Under the pieces are notes generated by a model. It was not told where the DNA came from, made no database searches, and saw nothing but the letters and a program-made list of their open reading frames with translations. Position numbers and translations under genes: made by a program. 64,000 bases of DNA from Smithella sp. (lineage in GTDB: Bacteria; Desulfobacterota; Syntrophia; Syntrophales; Smithellaceae). Positions 59,708 through 64,000 of the stretch are shown piece after piece. Numbering within the stretch: the first letter of the stretch is position 1; each line of letters starts with the position of its first letter. The DNA is taken from assembly GCA_049523355.1 (NCBI GenBank), contig JBEKMY010000004.1, forward strand, positions 20,797 through 84,796, read 5' to 3'.

Positions 59708-60244
59708 ATGAAAATATTTGTTATCGTGGGTATGCCCGCTGCGGGCAAGAATATCGCCCGTCTTTATGCTGAATCTCAGGATATGATCTATTACGCTACA
59801 GGCGACATTGTCCGGGCTGAAGTCAAGGGGCGCGGCCTGGAAGCAGACGCCGTTAATTCTTCCGAGGTGTCCGATGAACTGCGGGGCGAAGATGGCATGG
59901 GTATTACCAGATTAGCTTTGGCAGAAGTTCTTAAATCCGGCGTTACCGTGGGTTTTCTGGAAGGTATGCGGTCATGGCAGGAAATTGAACTGATTCGTGA
60001 AAAGGCCGATAGCGTGGTGGTCGCTTTCGTTACACCAAGAAACTTGCGACGCGAACGCATTGTTTCCAGAGGCAGGGAAGATGATTCTCCTCAAGCTTTT
60101 GATGATCGGGATAAGCGCGAAATTGCTTATGGCACAGCCATTCCGATTGCCCTAGCCGATGCGTATATATTAAATACCGGATCAGTGGAAGATGCTACAA
60201 GCCAACTGGACGCTATCGTTCAGCAAGAAACAGGTAAGTGGTAG
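59708..60244 (+). CDS. P-loop nucleotide/nucleoside kinase-like protein (dephospho-CoA kinase / UPF0200-like)
   Basis: The N-terminal Walker A VGMPAAGKN. 178 aa. Substrate unknown. Confidence 0.5.
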   Translation: MKIFVIVGMPAAGKNIARLYAESQDMIYYATGDIVRAEVKGRGLEADAVNSSEVSDELRGEDGMGITRLALAEVLKSGVTVGFLEGMRSWQEIELIREKADSVVVAFVTPRNLRRERIVSRGREDDSPQAFDDRDKREIAYGTAIPIALADAYILNTGSVEDATSQLDAIVQQETGKW

Positions 60245-60439
60245 GTTAGTATTTCTTTTGTCATACCGACGCAGGCCGGGATCCGGTTTTTACCCTCTTT
60301 ATTAAAGAGGGATGAGTGGCGATTGTTTTCATGTCAAACCTCCGTGTTTTTTTAAGCAGACAAAACGTAAGAAAATTTCTAATGACAAGAACACCCCTGT
60401 TTCGTATAATATTTTATATTTTAGAAGGGTCTTGTTCAT

Positions 60440-60985
60440 ATGAAAGCGTTCAGAGAATCGATTATAAATATTATATATAAAGGAGCGACAAGCGGCAAAA
60501 GAATTCGAATGCTTCTTACCCCACTGGTCGGCTTTATCTTTTTCTGTATCATATCGCTTTTGATACTTGCCTCTTTTTTTCTGGATCGGTTTTTTGGATT
60601 TGCGGAATTCATTTCCAAGCCTTTGGAAATAACGATTTCCATGCCCTTCCTGATTTCAGGTTCCTGCTTGTGGTTATGGTGTGCAGGGAAATTTTTTAAA
60701 ACAAAAGGAACTCCTGTGCCAATAAATCCTCCGCCAAAATTGGTTACTGACGGTCCTTATGCTTATTCAAGAAACCCGATGATGACGGGTCTTTTTATGG
60801 TAATGGCCGGGATTGGCATTTTATTCGGTTCAGTGACGCTCACATTCTTGATAACGCCGTTATTTGTCTTTATGAGCATTCTTGAATTTAGATATATTGA
60901 AGAACCGGAATTGATGAAGCGTTTCGGCAAGAATTATACTGACTATAAAGAAAAAACTCCGATAATTATTCCCCGGATTCGTTGA
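60440..60985 (+). CDS. Isoprenylcysteine carboxyl / phospholipid methyltransferase-family membrane protein
   Basis: Four to five TM segments. GPYAYSRNPMMTG and EEPELMKRFG are typical of the ICMT/PEMT family. Confidence 0.7.
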   Translation: MKAFRESIINIIYKGATSGKRIRMLLTPLVGFIFFCIISLLILASFFLDRFFGFAEFISKPLEITISMPFLISGSCLWLWCAGKFFKTKGTPVPINPPPKLVTDGPYAYSRNPMMTGLFMVMAGIGILFGSVTLTFLITPLFVFMSILEFRYIEEPELMKRFGKNYTDYKEKTPIIIPRIR

Positions 60986-61200
60986 AATATTTGTCGGGTT
61001 CAGCATTACTTAAAGGGAAGCAAAGGCTAAATTCCGAAACGCATTTATAAAAACGACAACGATGAATTAACTGACTGAATCCAGGAAAAAAAATTGAAGT
61101 TCTCCGCGGCAAGCTGCGGAAAATCTTCGGTTCTTAAGGAATCGATGTTATTAAATATTCACCTGCTGTCAAATTCAAGCTTAATAAAGGAGGCACAATT

Positions 61201-61713
61201 ATGAATAAAAACAAAATTATAAACTCAATCAAAATATTAGCGCCGGGGTTTTATGCATTGGCCTTGATAAACTGCGGCGGTTTTGGCGCTATTGTCAATA
61301 TGCCGGCAGTAAAAGATGTCCCGGCTGGACAGTATGAACGTATTATAAAATTGAACAATCCCGTAGCAGCGACAGATAGAACATTTGCGGGATTAGTTTT
61401 TATTAAAAAAGGCGCAAAGGTTTGCACGGATTACCCGCGTGAAGAGATCATCAAAAGCCTTGACGAATTGACAGTGATGGAAAAGAATTACTACAGCTAT
61501 TTCAGCAATTACGCGATAGAATCAGATGGCAGGACATATGGATTTGTCTCCATACCGGTAGAGTATAACGCAATGCTCTGGAAAAATGAAAAAGACGAAA
61601 ACTGCAAATATAAAGTGCAGATCACCAGGTTGGGCGAAGAAAACGATGATATTGGCGAAGGAGTACCTAAATCCGGATATGGCGGCGGTCACGGTGGAGG
61701 CTTCGGCCATTAA
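61201..61713 (+). CDS. Lipoprotein of unknown function with a Gly/His-rich C-terminal tail
   Basis: A lipobox (LALINCGG), the SD AAGGAGG, and a tail GYGGGHGGGFGH. Confidence 0.55.
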   Translation: MNKNKIINSIKILAPGFYALALINCGGFGAIVNMPAVKDVPAGQYERIIKLNNPVAATDRTFAGLVFIKKGAKVCTDYPREEIIKSLDELTVMEKNYYSYFSNYAIESDGRTYGFVSIPVEYNAMLWKNEKDENCKYKVQITRLGEENDDIGEGVPKSGYGGGHGGGFGH

Positions 61714-61746
61714 ATTGCGTTGGGATCAGGAGAAAAATTCGCTATT

Positions 61747-62487
61747 TTAAACCACTATTCTTAGTCCGTCGTAAGCAGAAATAGTTTCAGGAAATATAAA
61801 TCTCGCCTGAGCTTGTGCATTTTCTCTTTTTGCCATTGTTGTGTATAATGCCGCGTTAAAATGGGTAAGAACAAGTTTTTTTACTTTTGATTTTAATGCA
61901 AGTTTTGCGGAAAGTTGGGGATTCATGTGAGGCCAGGAATTCGATGTTTGTTTACTGAGCAGGGCACATTCAGAGATAAGCAGGTCAGCATTTCCGGAAA
62001 GTTCTTCAGAGTTTTTACAGTAACCGGTGTCGGTGCAATAACCTATAACTTTGTCGTCAATTTCAAACCGATAGCCTAAACACTTTGAAGCGTGCACAAG
62101 CGGCAGCGCCTGGAATTTTAAGGGGCTTTTATGCCAGCCGTCTTTAATGTCGATCACATTGCAGGGGAATGGCAGTTTATTGACAGGAATAGAATATTTA
62201 GGAGCGAGAAATTCTTTGATGGTCACCTTCGTTCCGGTTTGTCCTATGATCTCAAGCGACTTAAAATTAAATTTTGCAAGAGTGTGAAGACCTTCAATAT
62301 GATCAATGTGGAAATGACTAAGGAATAAATAGACTGGCATATCTTTTTTTATATACCTGTTTGCTTTGTGAATACCGTTTCCGGCATCAAGAATAATATA
62401 CGCCGTTTTAGTCTCTATCAGCGTACAAATCGTATTGCCGCAATCAGTGTCGAACCAGCCGTTAGTCCCCAGGAACGTAATCTTCAT
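61747..62487 (-). CDS. MBL-fold metallo-hydrolase (RNase Z/BN-like)
   Basis: The HFHIDHIEG metal-binding motif. An alternative ATG lies at 62502. The ATG at 62487 follows GAGGG. Confidence 0.75.
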   Translation of the reverse strand: MKITFLGTNGWFDTDCGNTICTLIETKTAYIILDAGNGIHKANRYIKKDMPVYLFLSHFHIDHIEGLHTLAKFNFKSLEIIGQTGTKVTIKEFLAPKYSIPVNKLPFPCNVIDIKDGWHKSPLKFQALPLVHASKCLGYRFEIDDKVIGYCTDTGYCKNSEELSGNADLLISECALLSKQTSNSWPHMNPQLSAKLALKSKVKKLVLTHFNAALYTTMAKRENAQAQARFIFPETISAYDGLRIVV

Positions 62488-62818
62488 TTTACCCTCATCC
62501 ATTCTTGTATCTGATTAAATGATACTTTTCAAATCGAAAAATATTTCTTTCTATAAGTCTTATTTTCCCATTTATATTCTTGAGCCGATTACCCGGAACT
62601 TATATTCCTGCTATAAACTTTTTTCTTTGCCTTCATCACCATTTAATTTCCTCTCTTCAAGGGCAAAAAGGAAAGGGGAATGACTAAAGAAAGCTTCTGG
62701 ACACCAGCCTGTGCCGGTGCCCCGGCCATGGATAACAGGCTATCTAATCGTCTTGAAAAAATCTCTTTGATCATGTATGAAAGTCCATCAACACAAATCA
62801 AGAGGTTGTTCAACAAAT

Positions 62819-63661
62819 ATGAAAGTCATTCCCGCCGATGCCTCGACTGTAATGCTTATACGCGCTTGTCCGGATGCCTCAATTAAGGACATTGAAGTTC
62901 TGATGGTCCGGAGAAACCGCAAGAGCAGCTTTGTCCCAGGCTATTATGTCTTTCCGGGCGGCGTTATGGAAAGCGAAGATTTTGGCGCCGGGATGGAACA
63001 CTTTATCCTGGGAATTGATCGCGCCAGCGCTTCTCATATTCTTTCCGACATGCGACACCTTGAGCATGCTCTGGGGGCGTGGGTGGCGGCGATACGCGAA
63101 ACGTTTGAAGAGGTGGGAATTCTCCTGGCGCAGAAGAAAGACGGTGCGCCTGTGACGATCAGGACGGAAGAAGAGTGCCGGCGCTTTTGTGATTATCGCA
63201 AAGCGCTCATCGAGGGTAAAATACATTTTTCTGAGATGCTTGCGGCGGAGGAGCTTCTTCTGCCGTTAGACCGGCTTACTTATTTTTCACACTGGATTAC
63301 ACCTGAACCTTTTGAGTTGCGCTATGATGTTCGTTTCTTTGTGACGCCGGTACCGTCTGATCAAGCCGTTATACATGACGGCGTCGAACTGACCGGCCAT
63401 GTCTGGATTCGTCCGGCGGAGGCGATAAAACAATATGAGCAGGGACGGCTGGATATGATTTTACCTCAGATCATAACACTTGAAGATATAAAACATTTCA
63501 AGACTATTGCGGAGGTTATTGACACAGCCCGAAAACGCTGCGTTCCTGCCACACTGACCAAAATCAAAAGAGTCGACGGCAAAGATGTCGAAGTGATGCC
63601 CGACGGATCAAGCTTTGAAAATCGCCTTCCCGTATATTCCTGGCCTGACAGGGATGATTAA
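62819..63661 (+). CDS. NUDIX-family hydrolase
   Basis: Nudix box GGVMESEDFG...AAIRETFEEVGILLA. The track start at 62777 is possible, but the N-terminus MKVIPADASTVMLIR looks native. Confidence 0.75.
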   Translation: MKVIPADASTVMLIRACPDASIKDIEVLMVRRNRKSSFVPGYYVFPGGVMESEDFGAGMEHFILGIDRASASHILSDMRHLEHALGAWVAAIRETFEEVGILLAQKKDGAPVTIRTEEECRRFCDYRKALIEGKIHFSEMLAAEELLLPLDRLTYFSHWITPEPFELRYDVRFFVTPVPSDQAVIHDGVELTGHVWIRPAEAIKQYEQGRLDMILPQIITLEDIKHFKTIAEVIDTARKRCVPATLTKIKRVDGKDVEVMPDGSSFENRLPVYSWPDRDD

Positions 63662-63803
63662 TCATTCGCTCTCTTCTTAAATTTATCCTCTCATAACCTA
63701 ATAACATTAAGATCACACGAAGGCGGGCAAGTAATAACTGGATTACCCTGAATAACCTCAAGACCACCTTTGACCACAACTTCAATTTAAAAACATTTTT
63801 CTC

Positions 63804-63836
63804 TTGACAAGCTAAATATTAGTTGTATTATACAAC
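63804..63836 (+). promoter_or_regulatory. Promoter with an overlapping palindromic operator for a leaderless regulator gene
   Basis: TTGACA (63804-63809), a 16-nt spacer, TATTAT (63826-63831), with the ATG 6 nt further on. The perfect 7-1-7 palindrome GTTGTAT-T-ATACAAC (63822-63836) overlaps the -10. Confidence 0.5.
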
Positions 63837-63837
63837 C

Positions 63838-64000
63838 ATGTTGATACATATAAAAGAAAATACCAGTGAATTATTGGAAATGTTTGGTGGACTTTCACAA
63901 GTGTTGCGCTGCTGCTGCCGGGATGAGGCCTTTTGCGAAGGTGTCACTTTTCATCAGTTTATGATTCTTGATGCCGTGGCTAAAGAGAAAGAGTTGCACA
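63838..64000 (+). CDS. Winged-helix transcriptional regulator (MarR/ArsR-like) with an N-terminal Cys cluster; 3' end off-window
   Basis: My translation is MLIHIKENTSELLEMFGGLSQVLRCCCRDEAFCEGVTFHQFMILDAVAKEKELH, open to the window end. There is no SD upstream. Confidence 0.5.
   Translation, partial: MLIHIKENTSELLEMFGGLSQVLRCCCRDEAFCEGVTFHQFMILDAVAKEKELH

Noticed and set aside
62680-62886. A 68-aa ORF overlapping the start of the NUDIX gene.
   Set aside because: It is out of frame with the well-supported Nudix ORF, has no SD, and its sequence shows no recognisable domain.

Overview
This window is an origin-proximal, mostly housekeeping chromosome segment of a diderm (Gram-negative) anaerobe. 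The gene content (EtfAB/acyl-CoA dehydrogenase, PaaK, LpxL-type acyltransferase, Tol-Pal, Mla, pyruvoyl arginine decarboxylase, RtcB/archease) suggests a Desulfobacterota/deltaproteobacterium-like organism, but that is inference only. About 62 protein genes are supported. Genes up to about 26 kb are mainly on the minus strand: NMO, etfAB-acd, lpxL-like, rtcB/archease, and gyrA-gyrB-dnaN-dnaA-parB-parA-rsmG. From about 26 kb genes are mainly on the plus strand, interrupted by minus-strand blocks: cpoB-pal-tolB-tolA-tolR-tolQ, epmB-efp-epmA, and truA/NlpC-P60. I saw no tRNA, rRNA, CRISPR array, transposase, integrase or phage genes. Many ORF-track entries are antisense shadows of real genes, and several track starts are TTG/GTG N-terminal extensions that I re-assigned to downstream ATGs. 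Five things are not explained by ordinary annotation. (1) A superfamily of roughly 105-140 bp imperfect-palindromic repeats fills many gene spacers. It has at least 8 full-length copies plus a degenerate, a mini and a half copy. Its core is conserved, and its terminal arms differ between copies while staying self-complementary within each copy. (2) The MlaF ABC ATPase carries a C-terminal degenerate GGDEF-like domain, in a locus that lacks MlaB and has mlaA translationally coupled to a small beta-barrel gene. (3) A small protein made of two copies of a Cys4 zinc-ribbon module sits in line with archease and rtcB. (4) A candidate bipartite oriC flanks dnaA: a DnaA-box cluster upstream, and a box / GC spacer / DnaA-trio-like / AT-rich module between dnaA and dnaN. 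(5) A thioredoxin carries a tandemly duplicated zinc-finger extension. All coordinates of non-coding elements were read by eye and are accurate to about 5 bp.
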